Shown: positions 1 through 9,460, numbered from the stretch's first letter. The stretch: DNA of 32,000 nucleotides from Zymomonas mobilis subsp. mobilis ATCC 10988 (GCF_000175255.2 NC_017262.1:300001-332000); one strand, 5' to 3'. The notes: generated by a model from the sequence alone, not told the origin. Made by a program: numbers and translations.

Positions 1-59
1 ATAACAAGGGTCATAACGGATAAAGATAAATTTTTAATTAAAAAACAAAGCCCTATCTA

Positions 60-2306
60 TCATGAAAAACGGTTATTTTTCGGGAAACCAACCGGCGGTA
101 AACGCCCGCTAGCACCGCGGGCAACGACCCAAGTTTTCATATCGGTTTCGGTTCTTATTCGACCAGATTCGCCGCCCATTGGCCAACTCAATCCCTCTTC
201 AAGGGTAAAAGTCGTAGCATCTGACAGATGTCCGCCCCGATAACGTTGTAATTGAACACCACTTCCCTTTGCCAATTCAGGAATCTGGGACAGTGGGAAA
301 GCCAATAATTTTCGATTTTCGCCGATAAGGGCAATATGGTCATGATCTTCTTCGATGACTTTTAAAACCATCAAATATTCGTCTTTTTTAACCCTAACAA
401 TTTGTTTTCCCTTACGAGTTTCTGCAACCAGATTGGTCATCTGGGTAATAAAACCACGACCGCTCGAAGAAACGACCAACAATTTTCCTTCGGGATTAAG
501 CGGTAATAAGGCCATTATCTTGGTGTCATTACTGATGTCCAACATTAACCGCACAGGTTCACCAAAACCGCGCCCACCGGGTAATCGGTCGGCAAGCAAA
601 GTATAAAATCGACCATCTTCTGTCGCGATCAACAAGCGATCGGTGGTATAAGCATGGCAGATGAAATCAGCTTCATCGCCTTCCTTAAAGCGCATGGCTT
701 CGGTCGATTTCAGATCAACATGCCCCTTTAGCCCCCGAATCCAGCCGCGTTTTGACAACACAACGGTCATGGGTTCCCGTTCGATCATCGCATCTAACGG
801 AATAGCTTTTGCAGGCGTTTGTTCTTCAATCAGCGTTTGGCGTGCGCCTAATTTACTTTTTAGGCTATAGCGCTTCCGCAAAGCGGACAAATCGGATTTC
901 AGCTTTTTACTTTGCAAAGCATCGCTTTCAATCAAAGCTTGAAGTCCAGCTCGTTCTTCTTTTAAGCTATCACGCTCTGCGGTAATTTCAGCTTCTTCTA
1001 GGCGCTTTAACGCTCTAAGCCGCATATTCAGAATCGCTTCGGCCTGACGATCACTTAACTTAAATTCAGCGATCATTACCGATTTGGGATCGTCTTCATT
1101 TCTGATGATTTCGATCACCCGATCAAGATTGAGATAAGCAGCTAGATAGCCTTCCAGTAATTCAACTCGGTCATCAATACGCTGTAAACGATGGCGACAA
1201 CGCCGCTGTAACATCGCAAATTGATGCGCCAACCACTCTTTCAAAACCGTATGGAGTGGTAAAACCGCAGGCGTATGATGGCTATCCAGCACATTCATAT
1301 TAAGCGAAATACGCGTTTCAAGACTGGTCAGATGGAATAAACCATCCATCAAAAGCTGGGGATCAACTGTTCTGCTTTTGGGTTCTAGGACAATCCTGAT
1401 ATTTTCATCAGATTCGTCGCGTATATCGCTAAGAATAGGCAGCTTTTTCTCGTTTATCAAAGCCGCTATTTCTTCAATTAAACGCGATTTCGGTATCTGC
1501 CACGGTATTTCATGAATAACAATAATCCAGCCGCCGCGACCGATATCTTCGACCTCATAACGCGCTCTAACTCTGAAAGATCCCCGTCCTGTCTCATAGG
1601 CGTGGCGGATAGTATCGACAGAATCAACGATCTGGCCGCCGGTCGGAAAATCTGGGCCTTTGACAAAACGCAATAATTCTTTGGTTTCGGCTTCGGGATG
1701 GTCAATTAAATGACAGATAGCATCTATCAATTCAGCGACATTATGAGGCGGAATAGAGGTCGCCATACCGACGGCAATACCGCTCGAACCATTAGCTAAA
1801 AGATTAGGGAAAAGACCGGAAAAAAATTCTGGCTCTTCTTCTTCGCTATTATAGGTAGGTCGAAAATCAACCGCGCCCTCTTCCATGCCTTCCATCAGGT
1901 CATAAGCGGCTGTGGTCAGGCGGGCTTCGGTATAACGCATAGCGGCGGCATTATCGCCGTCAATATTACCAAAATTACCCTGCCCATCGACCAAGGGATA
2001 ACGGAGGGCAAAATCTTGGGCAAGGCGCACCATCGCGTCATAAACAGATTGGTCGCCATGCGGATGGTATTTACCAATCACATCGCCAACAACGCGGGCG
2101 CATTTTTTATAAGCCGAGGCCGGATCAAGTTTTAACAGCCGCATCGCCCATAATAACCGCCGTTGCACTGGCTTTAACCCGTCTCTGATATCGGGCAAAG
2201 AACGGGAGGTTATGGTTGATAAAGCATAAGCGAGATAGCGTTCTGATAACGCCTTATCAAAGGCTGTTTCGGAAATATTTTCAATGTCGGAAGAAAGGCT
2301 GGTCAT
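60..2306 (-). CDS. parC: DNA topoisomerase IV subunit A
   Basis: 748-aa ORF. The N-terminus carries the GyrA/ParC signature ...[22 protein letters not shown].... A length of about 750 aa fits ParC better than the longer GyrA. Confidence 0.85.
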   Translation of the reverse strand: MTSLSSDIENISETAFDKALSERYLAYALSTITSRSLPDIRDGLKPVQRRLLWAMRLLKLDPASAYKKCARVVGDVIGKYHPHGDQSVYDAMVRLAQDFALRYPLVDGQGNFGNIDGDNAAAMRYTEARLTTAAYDLMEGMEEGAVDFRPTYNSEEEEPEFFSGLFPNLLANGSSGIAVGMATSIPPHNVAELIDAICHLIDHPEAETKELLRFVKGPDFPTGGQIVDSVDTIRHAYETGRGSFRVRARYEVEDIGRGGWIIVIHEIPWQIPKSRLIEEIAALINEKKLPILSDIRDESDENIRIVLEPKSRTVDPQLLMDGLFHLTSLETRISLNMNVLDSHHTPAVLPLHTVLKEWLAHQFAMLQRRCRHRLQRIDDRVELLEGYLAAYLNLDRVIEIIRNEDDPKSVMIAEFKLSDRQAEAILNMRLRALKRLEEAEITAERDSLKEERAGLQALIESDALQSKKLKSDLSALRKRYSLKSKLGARQTLIEEQTPAKAIPLDAMIEREPMTVVLSKRGWIRGLKGHVDLKSTEAMRFKEGDEADFICHAYTTDRLLIATEDGRFYTLLADRLPGGRGFGEPVRLMLDISNDTKIMALLPLNPEGKLLVVSSSGRGFITQMTNLVAETRKGKQIVRVKKDEYLMVLKVIEEDHDHIALIGENRKLLAFPLSQIPELAKGSGVQLQRYRGGHLSDATTFTLEEGLSWPMGGESGRIRTETDMKTWVVARGASGRLPPVGFPKNNRFS

Positions 2307-2573
2307 AAAAATGGAATAACAGAATCCTGTTTATAAATAAGGGTTTAAAATGGTAAAAATGCAGAATTTTTATATCGAGATCGCTGGGTCTTTTTTTGTT
2401 TCACGATGACTCCAGTACCGCATTTCGCTGGACTACGCCAAGGTTCGACACAGCAGGTTTATCAATCACTTAGGCGAGTTCAACATATGCCGGTGCTTTC
2501 CGAAACTTGACCCGGTTTCCCCTCGCGTGGCTCCCATGCGGCTCTTGGAAACCGGGCTTTCCGAGGAGTCATC

Positions 2574-2621
2574 ATGGCGAAGATCAAGCTCACCAAGTCC
2601 GCAGTCGATGCGGCACAACCA
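2574..2621 (+). pseudogene. Tyrosine integrase gene fragment (first 16 codons only)
   Basis: ATG preceded by GAGGAG. The peptide MAKIKLTKSAVDAAQP then leaves the integrase-like sequence and stops after 31 codons. Only 16 residues support the call. Confidence 0.35.
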
Positions 2622-2836
2622 AGAAACTGCGACTGGGGCCGTTGCCCAAGACCGAGAGCGTCAAGCTGACCTTCGCTTGCCCGGCCAGCTTGAAAGCCGA
2701 CCTCGACCGCTATGCCGCGCTGCACGCGCAGGCGTATGGCGAAGCAGTCGATGCCACAACGCTGATCCCGCACATGCTGGAAGCCTTCCTGGCGGGGGAT
2801 CGGGGGTTTAGGAAAGAGAAGACAAATAAAAACTAG
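2618..2836 (+). pseudogene. DUF2274-like ICE gene lacking its own start codon
   Basis: Frame of the 2507..2836 ORF. About 70 residues resemble DUF2274 (xKLRLGPLP...VKLT...L..YA......G......LI..ML..F...DR.F). No ATG lies at the expected N-terminus, because the sequence is joined to the integrase 5' fragment. Confidence 0.5.
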
Positions 2837-2958
2837 AGCGACTTGTTTTATCCTAAAAACTATCTTTGTGCGAAAGAATTTTAATTGAAACTGTTTTGTG
2901 CGATAATTTCCTTGTTTTTTTTGAAATATATCGTGACGTCTTTTAAGTGGAGGTCTTA

Positions 2959-3912
2959 ATGGGAGTTGTGCCCTCGAATATCCCTGAAAAATTAAAAGGA
3001 CGATATCCAGAGGTTGAGTGCGAGTCATCCAAGAGTTTTTTACTGGCTCATAGCATTAATGAGCTAAATAAAATGCCAATCCAAACATCTGAGGCGAGCA
3101 CCAGTTCATTTAAGGTCTTTGCACATGAGTTTAACTCAGTAATGTTAACTGCGCATCTTTTTGAAAATCTCTTGATGCTAGAGGATGTTCGGCATGAAAA
3201 TAATGGGCATGATTGGTTTCAAATAGAAATTCCGGAAGAGTATTTTAGATATCCCGCTGAGAATGATCCGAGAAACTATGGTGGCCAGGACACTCCAAGA
3301 ATGAGTGATGAGGACAGGAGAGCTATATCTGCAGTTGTTCGAAAATCTAAAGAAATGGCGAACTATGCCAATGATGAGAATTTTGCAAAAAATAATCTTC
3401 ACAAACTTGAGTTTATTTCTATATTTTCGTTCTTAGAGTCATTCATTGAGAATGTGCAGGTGGAGGTTTTGGGTGTTTCTCGTGAGGATGCATCAAAATC
3501 CGTAAGATACGCCTCACTGCCAAATGCTATGGAAGATACATTCGAAAAAATAGATCCCGATATAAATATTTTCATAAAAAATATTTTATATGACTTCTAT
3601 GATTTCATGAAATTCTCGTATCTACTTAGAAATCTTCATAGCCATAATCTAGGCAGGGTCACACAAAGATTTTTTGATATGTGTGAAAAAGAAGGGCTTT
3701 TGAAAGATGACTATGGAATAAAAGAAGATGGAGAAAAAATTTTCTTTGGAAAAATTGTTCGTTTCACAGGCTATAGCAGAACAATTGAATTAGATAAATA
3801 CATTAATTTATCTGATATTAGTTTTGTTTTCAGGAATTATGCACGGGAGTGTATTTTTATTGCAGAACAGTACATAGAAGCGAGAGTACAGGTTAATTCG
3901 TCTCAGCACTAG
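2959..3912 (+). CDS. Orphan hypothetical protein (317 aa) with a HEPN-like Rx4H motif; candidate toxin/abortive-infection RNase
   Basis: The ORF track starts at GTG 2947. The ATG at 2959 is preceded by GGAGG (2949-2953) with a 5-nt spacer, so 2959 is preferred. The gene is very AT-rich compared with its neighbours. There is no signal peptide or TM segment. The C-terminal half reads as helical, with FLESFIENV (about aa 162-170) and YLLRNLHSHNLGR (R228-H233 in ORF-track numbering, nt 3628-3645), which fits the R[N]xxxH HEPN active-site pattern. I recognise no family beyond that. Confidence 0.6.
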   Translation: MGVVPSNIPEKLKGRYPEVECESSKSFLLAHSINELNKMPIQTSEASTSSFKVFAHEFNSVMLTAHLFENLLMLEDVRHENNGHDWFQIEIPEEYFRYPAENDPRNYGGQDTPRMSDEDRRAISAVVRKSKEMANYANDENFAKNNLHKLEFISIFSFLESFIENVQVEVLGVSREDASKSVRYASLPNAMEDTFEKIDPDINIFIKNILYDFYDFMKFSYLLRNLHSHNLGRVTQRFFDMCEKEGLLKDDYGIKEDGEKIFFGKIVRFTGYSRTIELDKYINLSDISFVFRNYARECIFIAEQYIEARVQVNSSQH

Positions 3913-4534
3913 CGAGAGGCTGGAGTTAATCCACAGTGGTGGATAAGTATTCTGCAATCGACCAAGAATGAGAGCACCTCCCAGCCTCGTGCGGTGCCTA
4001 CCTTTGATATGAATGGTCGCGAGGGAATGAGTCGTGTTGGCACAATGCTGCTACATGGTTATCACCATCACGACCTAGCTTGCTCTTCCAAGGCTCTTAT
4101 ATGACTCCCAGCCCACAACTTCGCATCCCCTGCAAGCGACATGAAACAGAGCTAACCTATTGCCGCGTATATGATTTCAAGCTACACGTGATTTGTACGA
4201 AAGGCTTGACACCGGCCCTTTTTTGAGACCTCATTCTAGAAAGGGAAAAGCTACCCTCGATATTCAACATAAAAGTGATTTTACATTATCTCTTCTGATG
4301 CCTCAATGACATCAGGCAGAAAGTCAACTGCGTCAGAAAATCCAATGTTATTCCAAGCCACCCACAGACGGCGTCATTCTGGCGGCAAGATAAAGATCAA
4401 TTCTTTGGAAAAGTTTAGCCCCATTATAACGGGCTAAGAGATCAAAAAGCGCAGTTATAGGCGCGCCTAATAGAAGGATCAGCCATGCCACGGATAGAAT
4501 AAGATATATTCCATCCGCAGCAGGCTTTTATTTT

Positions 4535-5314
4535 TTATAAACCGCGATTTTTGCGATGGGATTCCAGATCCAGAACTTCGGTATCTGGTTCAACTGGCAA
4601 TAATCCTAAGCGGCGAGCAATTTCCTGATAGGCTTCGACTTCGCCACCCAAATCCTGACGGAAACGGTCTTTATCCAATTTTTCATTGGTAACCATATCC
4701 CACAAACGGCAACCGTCAGGACTAATTTCATCAGCCAGCAAGACGCGGCTATAGTCATTTTCCCAAACGCGACCGAATTCGAGTTTGAAATCGACCAAAC
4801 GAATATTGATGGCCGCAAAAAGACCACTCATGAAGTCATTCACACGGATCGCCATGTCAGCGATATCATGCATTTCTTCCTGCGTAGCCCAACCAAAACA
4901 GGCAATATGCTCATCTGCAACCATCGGGTCATTGAGGGCGTCATCTTTATAATAATATTCGATGATTGTCCGAGGCAGCGGGGTGCCTTCTTCAATGCCT
5001 AACCGCTTGCTCAAAGAACCGGCGGCAACATTTCTGATTACCACTTCGATCGGGATGATTTCGACCTGTTTGACCAATTGTTCGCGCATATTGAGGCGAC
5101 GAATGAAATGGGTCGGAATACCGATTCCTGCTAACAGGGTAAAAATATGCTCGGAAACCCGATTATTGATAACGCCCTTACCGCTAATCATGCCTTTTTT
5201 CTGGGCATTAAAAGCAGTCGCATCATCCTTGAAATACTGGATAATGGTGCCGGGTTCTGGGCCTTCATAAAGAATTTTGGCTTTGCCTTCGTAAATTTGG
5301 CGACGACGGGACAT
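4535..5314 (-). CDS. purC: Phosphoribosylaminoimidazole-succinocarboxamide (SAICAR) synthase
   Basis: 259-aa ORF. The N-terminus [23 protein letters not shown]... and overall sequence are typical of alphaproteobacterial PurC. Confidence 0.9.
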   Translation of the reverse strand: MSRRRQIYEGKAKILYEGPEPGTIIQYFKDDATAFNAQKKGMISGKGVINNRVSEHIFTLLAGIGIPTHFIRRLNMREQLVKQVEIIPIEVVIRNVAAGSLSKRLGIEEGTPLPRTIIEYYYKDDALNDPMVADEHIACFGWATQEEMHDIADMAIRVNDFMSGLFAAINIRLVDFKLEFGRVWENDYSRVLLADEISPDGCRLWDMVTNEKLDKDRFRQDLGGEVEAYQEIARRLGLLPVEPDTEVLDLESHRKNRGL

Positions 5315-5648
5315 GAATTAGCTTCTCCGAAAAAGGAACAGGACAGATCCTGTGCCGAAAAAGGCAAGGCGCTTAATAAACGCTTTCTTATTTTGAGCGC
5401 TTTTATAACTGAAAATATGTCTGGCGCAAACAGCCGGATAGAAAGTTTATCATTTTTATGAAGGCAAGATAAAAGTTAAAAAAAGGCTTTTATAATGATT
5501 ATAAACAGCCAGAATATTTTATTTCATATCAATATAAAATATGCTGTTCTTAATAAAAATTAGCCAACCCCAGCCCAAAAATTCAGATATAATTGATCTG
5601 CCTATTCGAGAGGGATTGGCTGTTTATTTTTACAGAAAAAACGCTAAT

Positions 5649-6521
5649 TTATCCAAATCGTCCCGTTAAATAGTCACGGGCGCGACGGGTCTTTGGACGC
5701 GCAAACAAACGATCGGTTGAACAAAACTCGATCATATTACCCAAATACATAAAGCCGGTATAATCAGAAATACGGGCGGCCTGCTGCAAGTTATGCGTAA
5801 CGATAACGATGCTCAGGTCTTTCTTTAATTCCATCAAGGTTTCTTCCAACCTTGCCGTTGAAACCGGATCAAGCGCAGAAGCTGGCTCATCCAGCAAAAG
5901 AACTTCTGGTTCAACCGCAAGCCCACGGGCAACACAAAGACGCTGCTGTTGTCCACCAGAAAGGCTAAGGCCGGATTCTTTTAATTTATCTTTTACTTCA
6001 TCCCAAAGAGCGGCGCGATGCAAGGATCGTTCAACAATATGATCTAATTCCTGACGCGATTTATTAAAATGAAGACGAACGCCATAGGCGACATTGTCAT
6101 AAATCGACATTGGGAACGGCGTTGGTTTTTGGAAAACCATGCCAATCCGCGCTCTGATTTGAGAAATATCATCACCCAATGGATCAAGGGTAACGTTATC
6201 GCCCCGTTCTTTTAAACGGGTAAGCGTGTCATGGTCGGTCAGAATATCTTTTCCATCCAACAACACGCGACCAACTGCATATTGCTGGGGATAAAGAGCG
6301 TATATCCGGTTTAAAATCCGTAAAAGCGTCGATTTTCCACATCCGGAGGGGCCAATAAGCGCCGTAATTTTATTCCGCTCAACAGGTAAGCTGACATTAA
6401 ATAAAGTCTGATGCGTCCCATAATAGAAATCGAGGTTGCGCGCTTCCAGATTGAGATTTTCTGCTGCTGGGGGCGCAATAAACTGTTCGAGGTCTTCGAC
6501 CGTGTTATCTTTATTCGTCAT
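5649..6521 (-). CDS. pstB: Phosphate ABC transporter ATP-binding protein
   Basis: Walker [10 protein letters not shown], signature LSGGQQQRL, Walker B LLLDEP. The preferred start is the ATG at 6521 (MTNKDN...), which overlaps the pstA stop codon by 1 nt (TAATG coupling). The longer 318-aa ORF would overlap pstA. Confidence 0.9.
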   Translation of the reverse strand: MTNKDNTVEDLEQFIAPPAAENLNLEARNLDFYYGTHQTLFNVSLPVERNKITALIGPSGCGKSTLLRILNRIYALYPQQYAVGRVLLDGKDILTDHDTLTRLKERGDNVTLDPLGDDISQIRARIGMVFQKPTPFPMSIYDNVAYGVRLHFNKSRQELDHIVERSLHRAALWDEVKDKLKESGLSLSGGQQQRLCVARGLAVEPEVLLLDEPASALDPVSTARLEETLMELKKDLSIVIVTHNLQQAARISDYTGFMYLGNMIEFCSTDRLFARPKTRRARDYLTGRFG

Positions 6522-7357
6522 TAGCGTTTTCCCCCTCTGGTCATAACGCGTCCTAAAATATTGATGGTTAGAACCGCCATAGCAATTAGCAAGGCACCAA
6601 CCCATGCTAAATTACGCCAATCGTCATAAGCGCTCATGGCGAATTGGAAGATGGTCGTTGGCAAACTGCCCATGGGTTCGGTCATATTGAGAGTCAGGAA
6701 TTGATTACCCAGAGCGGTGAAAAGTAGCGGTGCCGTTTCGCCGCTGATACGGGCAAATCCAAGTAAACCACCGGTTAACAGTCCGGGGGCTGCTGCTTTC
6801 CAAATAATCGAACGGATAACCAGACCCTGAGAAGCCCCCAGCCCCATACCGGCTTCTCTTAGCGTATTGGGCTGCAACTGTAGCATGTCATAGGTTGTTC
6901 TAGTCACAATCGGCATAGCCAGCAAAGCCAGAGAGACGGCACCTGCAAAGGCCGAAAATCCGTGGAATGGCCGCACCATAATTTCATAAACGAAAAGACC
7001 AACCAGAATAGACGGCACAGAAAGCAAGACATCATTCAAGAAATGGATTGCTTGGCCATATTTCGAATTACGACTATATTCAGAAAGCCATGTGCCAGCC
7101 ATAATGCCCAAAACCACGGCAATAATCATGGCCACCACACACATGGCAATAGAACCGATTATGGCATTTCTTAAACCACCTGACATTCCAGGCGATGGCT
7201 GATCTTGAGTAAAGACCGAAAGATGCAAGCCTCCGGCACCATTGATTATAAGAGACCCCAAAATAAGGGCGAGCATCCCGACAGCCAATAAAGTCGACAA
7301 GCTGCACAAGGCGACAAAAACTTTATTGATAAAGCGGCGTTTTAAATTGCTACTCAT
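6521..7357 (-). CDS. pstA: Phosphate ABC transporter permease PstA
   Basis: 278-aa polytopic membrane protein. Second permease in a pstS-C-A-B gene order, with the typical EAxxxLGAS binding-protein-dependent permease loop ([10 protein letters not shown]). Confidence 0.88.
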   Translation of the reverse strand: MSSNLKRRFINKVFVALCSLSTLLAVGMLALILGSLIINGAGGLHLSVFTQDQPSPGMSGGLRNAIIGSIAMCVVAMIIAVVLGIMAGTWLSEYSRNSKYGQAIHFLNDVLLSVPSILVGLFVYEIMVRPFHGFSAFAGAVSLALLAMPIVTRTTYDMLQLQPNTLREAGMGLGASQGLVIRSIIWKAAAPGLLTGGLLGFARISGETAPLLFTALGNQFLTLNMTEPMGSLPTTIFQFAMSAYDDWRNLAWVGALLIAMAVLTINILGRVMTRGGKR

Positions 7358-7365
7358 AAAAATGC

Positions 7366-8325
7366 CTAACTCCGTTTACCAATAAGAAGCCGTGCCATAA
7401 TCAAAACCATAAAGGTGATCATAAACAGAACCAGCCCCAAAGCCGTTAAGGCTGCACTATGCATTTCGCTAGTGGCTTCGGTAAATTCATTGGCAATCGT
7501 TGATGCAATAGTTGAACCGGAATCAAAGAGAGAATGTGGCAGGCTGTGGGTATTACCGATGATAAAGGTTACGGCCATGGTTTCACCCAAGGCGCGCCCT
7601 AAGCCCAACATGATGACCCCGATCAATCCTCTTTTGACATAGGGGATAATGACAGAGCAGACGACTTCAAAAGGCGTTGCTCCCAAGCCATAGGCTGCTT
7701 CTCTCACCTGTGCAGGCACGGTCAGGAATAACTCCCGAAAAACCGATGCCATATAAGGCAAAATCATAATAGCAAGGATCAAAGAGGCTGTCAGAATATT
7801 GGCACCATTCGGTACCCCCGCGACCATTCTACCTAACCATGAATCCGGTGAAACATGAATCAAAAGCGGGAATTGGATATAATGGGCAAACCAAGGCGCT
7901 AAAACAAATAGCCCCCACATACCGTAAACAATGGAAGGAATACCGGCCAACAATTCAACCGCAACCGCTATAGGTCTGGCCAAAATTCTGGGGCAGAATT
8001 CTACCAAGAAAACGGAAATCCCGATAGCAAGCGGCAAAGCCAGCAATAGCGCCAAAAAGGCGGTAATCAATGTCCCTATAATCGGGCCCGCTGCACCATA
8101 TACTTCCGAAACAGGATTCCATTCGCTGGACAGAAAAAAGTTAAATCCGAAAGCCCTAAAGGCTGGCCAGCCACCGATAGCCAAAGCCACGATGATGCCA
8201 GCCATAGCAACAAGGGTCAGCGTTGCAGCCGAAAAGCACAGGGAACGGAAAATCATTTCTCCGAAAGACCCTGAAGGAAAAAGACGATTTAATCGAGAAG
8301 GCTGGGACAAGGCAGAATCACTCAT
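7366..8325 (-). CDS. pstC: Phosphate ABC transporter permease PstC
   Basis: 319-aa polytopic membrane protein directly downstream of pstS. Permease loop REAAYGLGAT. Confidence 0.88.
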   Translation of the reverse strand: MSDSALSQPSRLNRLFPSGSFGEMIFRSLCFSAATLTLVAMAGIIVALAIGGWPAFRAFGFNFFLSSEWNPVSEVYGAAGPIIGTLITAFLALLLALPLAIGISVFLVEFCPRILARPIAVAVELLAGIPSIVYGMWGLFVLAPWFAHYIQFPLLIHVSPDSWLGRMVAGVPNGANILTASLILAIMILPYMASVFRELFLTVPAQVREAAYGLGATPFEVVCSVIIPYVKRGLIGVIMLGLGRALGETMAVTFIIGNTHSLPHSLFDSGSTIASTIANEFTEATSEMHSAALTALGLVLFMITFMVLIMARLLIGKRS

Positions 8326-8419
8326 AAAATTTATCCGACTCTCTTCTGACAGCTATCATCTTTTTCCTCATATCTGTTTAGGCTGATGTAGAATATTACA
8401 ACAAACAGCCAAAATATAC

Positions 8420-9460
8420 CTAGCGGGCAGCGTTATAGACGGCTTTCCCGTTAACTTGAATGTTCGATCCCCATTGCTGGCGGATGAACGTCTTCACTTC
8501 TTTCGGTAATGGCGCATAGTCAAGAGATAAAGCATCCTGATCGCCATTCTGATATCCCCAATCAAAGAATTTTAGGATTTCAGCCGTGGTTTCAGGTTTG
8601 CTGGGGGTGCGATGTAAAAGAATATAGGTCGTTGAAACGATTGGCCAGCTTTCTGCGCCCTTCTGATCCAGAAGGGAAATATTATTCCCAGCTGCATGCG
8701 TCCAATCCGCAGAAGCCGAGGCGGCTTTGAAACTTTCAGTGGAAGGATGCGGGAAGCGACCATCACGATTGGCAATCAAAGCATAAGGCACCGTGCTTTG
8801 ACGGGTATAGGCATATTCGACATAGCCGATTGAACCGATTGTCTGTTTAACAAAGGCGGCTACCCCATCATTGCCTTTACCACCAAGACCAATCGGCCAT
8901 TGCACGGCATCGCTGGCACCGACACGGGAGGCCCATTCAGGACTTTTCAGCGACAGATAAGACGTAAACTGGAAGGACGTGCCGGAACCATCCGCGCGAT
9001 GCACCACCGTAATCGGTACTGGCGGTAATTTTAACCACGGGTTGATGGACGCGATCCGCGGGTCATTCCAACGGGTAATTTTACCAAGATAAATATCGGC
9101 AAGAATACTGCCTGTTAAATGCAAGCGACCTGACCGCAAACCCGGCAAGTTAATGATAGGCACAATGCCTCCCATCACGGTCGGGAACTGATAAAGACCA
9201 TCTTTTGAAAGCTCTTCGGTTTTCAAAGGCTTGTCAGACGCTCCGAAATCAACGGTAGAGGCTTTAATTTGCTTAATACCGCCACCGGAACCAATAGGCT
9301 GATAATTGATAACAGCACCCGTCTGGTTGCGATAGGAATTGGCCCATTTTCCATAAACAGGTGCTGGGAATGTCGCGCCTGCACCGGAAATAGTCGTTGC
9401 ATAGGCCGTGCTGCCAAAAAGGCTGACGAAACCAACAAGGGCAGCTATTTTCTTAACCAT
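8420..9460 (-). CDS. pstS: Phosphate-binding periplasmic protein PstS
   Basis: PstS-like sequence (ISGAGATFPAPVY..W). The preferred start is the ATG at 9460, giving the signal peptide MVKKIAALVGFVSLFGSTAYA. The upstream extension to 9535 is not signal-peptide-like. Confidence 0.88.
   Translation of the reverse strand: MVKKIAALVGFVSLFGSTAYATTISGAGATFPAPVYGKWANSYRNQTGAVINYQPIGSGGGIKQIKASTVDFGASDKPLKTEELSKDGLYQFPTVMGGIVPIINLPGLRSGRLHLTGSILADIYLGKITRWNDPRIASINPWLKLPPVPITVVHRADGSGTSFQFTSYLSLKSPEWASRVGASDAVQWPIGLGGKGNDGVAAFVKQTIGSIGYVEYAYTRQSTVPYALIANRDGRFPHPSTESFKAASASADWTHAAGNNISLLDQKGAESWPIVSTTYILLHRTPSKPETTAEILKFFDWGYQNGDQDALSLDYAPLPKEVKTFIRQQWGSNIQVNGKAVYNAAR

Larger units (their letters stand above)
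2480..2836 (+). mobile_element. Relic (deletion scar) of an integrative conjugative element: integrase promoter and 5' end joined to a DUF2274-type gene
   Basis: The block is visibly GC-rich (well above 55% by eye) between AT-rich flanks. A GAGGAG SD and ATG at 2574 open MAKIKLTKSAVDAAQP, typical of the N-terminal arm-binding domain of P4/DUF4102-type tyrosine integrases. From about 2618, a different frame reads KKLRLGPLPKTESVKLTF..ADLDRYAALHAQAYGEAVDATTLIPHMLEAFLAGDRGF, matching my memory of DUF2274 proteins encoded after trbI in Trb-type ICEs. A 10-bp inverted repeat (2511-2520 / 2547-2556) lies upstream. Confidence 0.5.

Noticed and set aside
2527-2811. 94-aa ORF on the plus strand, in the third frame of the GC-rich block.
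   Set aside because: It is an overlapping alternative frame of the same GC-rich DNA. The sequence is low-complexity, Arg/Ser/Pro-rich and unrecognisable.
2480-3028. 182-aa ORF on the minus strand across the GC-rich ICE scar.
   Set aside because: It runs antisense to the recognisable integrase and DUF2274 frames. The Arg/Pro/Gly-rich composition is typical of shadow ORFs in GC-rich DNA. It has no motif or SD.
3913-4101. The frame of the orphan gene stays open for about 63 codons after its TAG, which could mean read-through or a recently truncated gene.
   Set aside because: Composition changes abruptly at the stop codon, and the extension has no recognisable features. It is treated as coincidence and mentioned under the non-coding tail finding.
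4531-4538. TTTTTTAT overlapping the purC stop, and ATTTTTAT at 2366-2373, considered as possible Tn4371-type attachment-site (TTTTTYAT, from memory) borders of the islet.
   Set aside because: T-rich octamers are common in these AT-rich intergenic regions. The left copy does not fit the 8-mer, and there is no extended direct repeat. The att identity cannot be supported.
5365-5648. Possible ZTP or purine riboswitch upstream of purC.
   Set aside because: No conserved aptamer core motifs were recognised. The region is AT-rich with only a long-range imperfect inverted repeat (AGCCAACCCC at 5563-5572 and GGGATTGGCT at 5613-5622) near the pstB stop, more likely related to pstB 3' end formation.
7931-8386. 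151-aa plus-strand ORF, and similar ORFs at 10531-10962, 31157-31567, 14655-14930 and 5147-5461.
   Set aside because: All lie antisense to, or out of frame within, well-supported genes (pstC, porin, queC, TBDR, purC) and have no independent signals.
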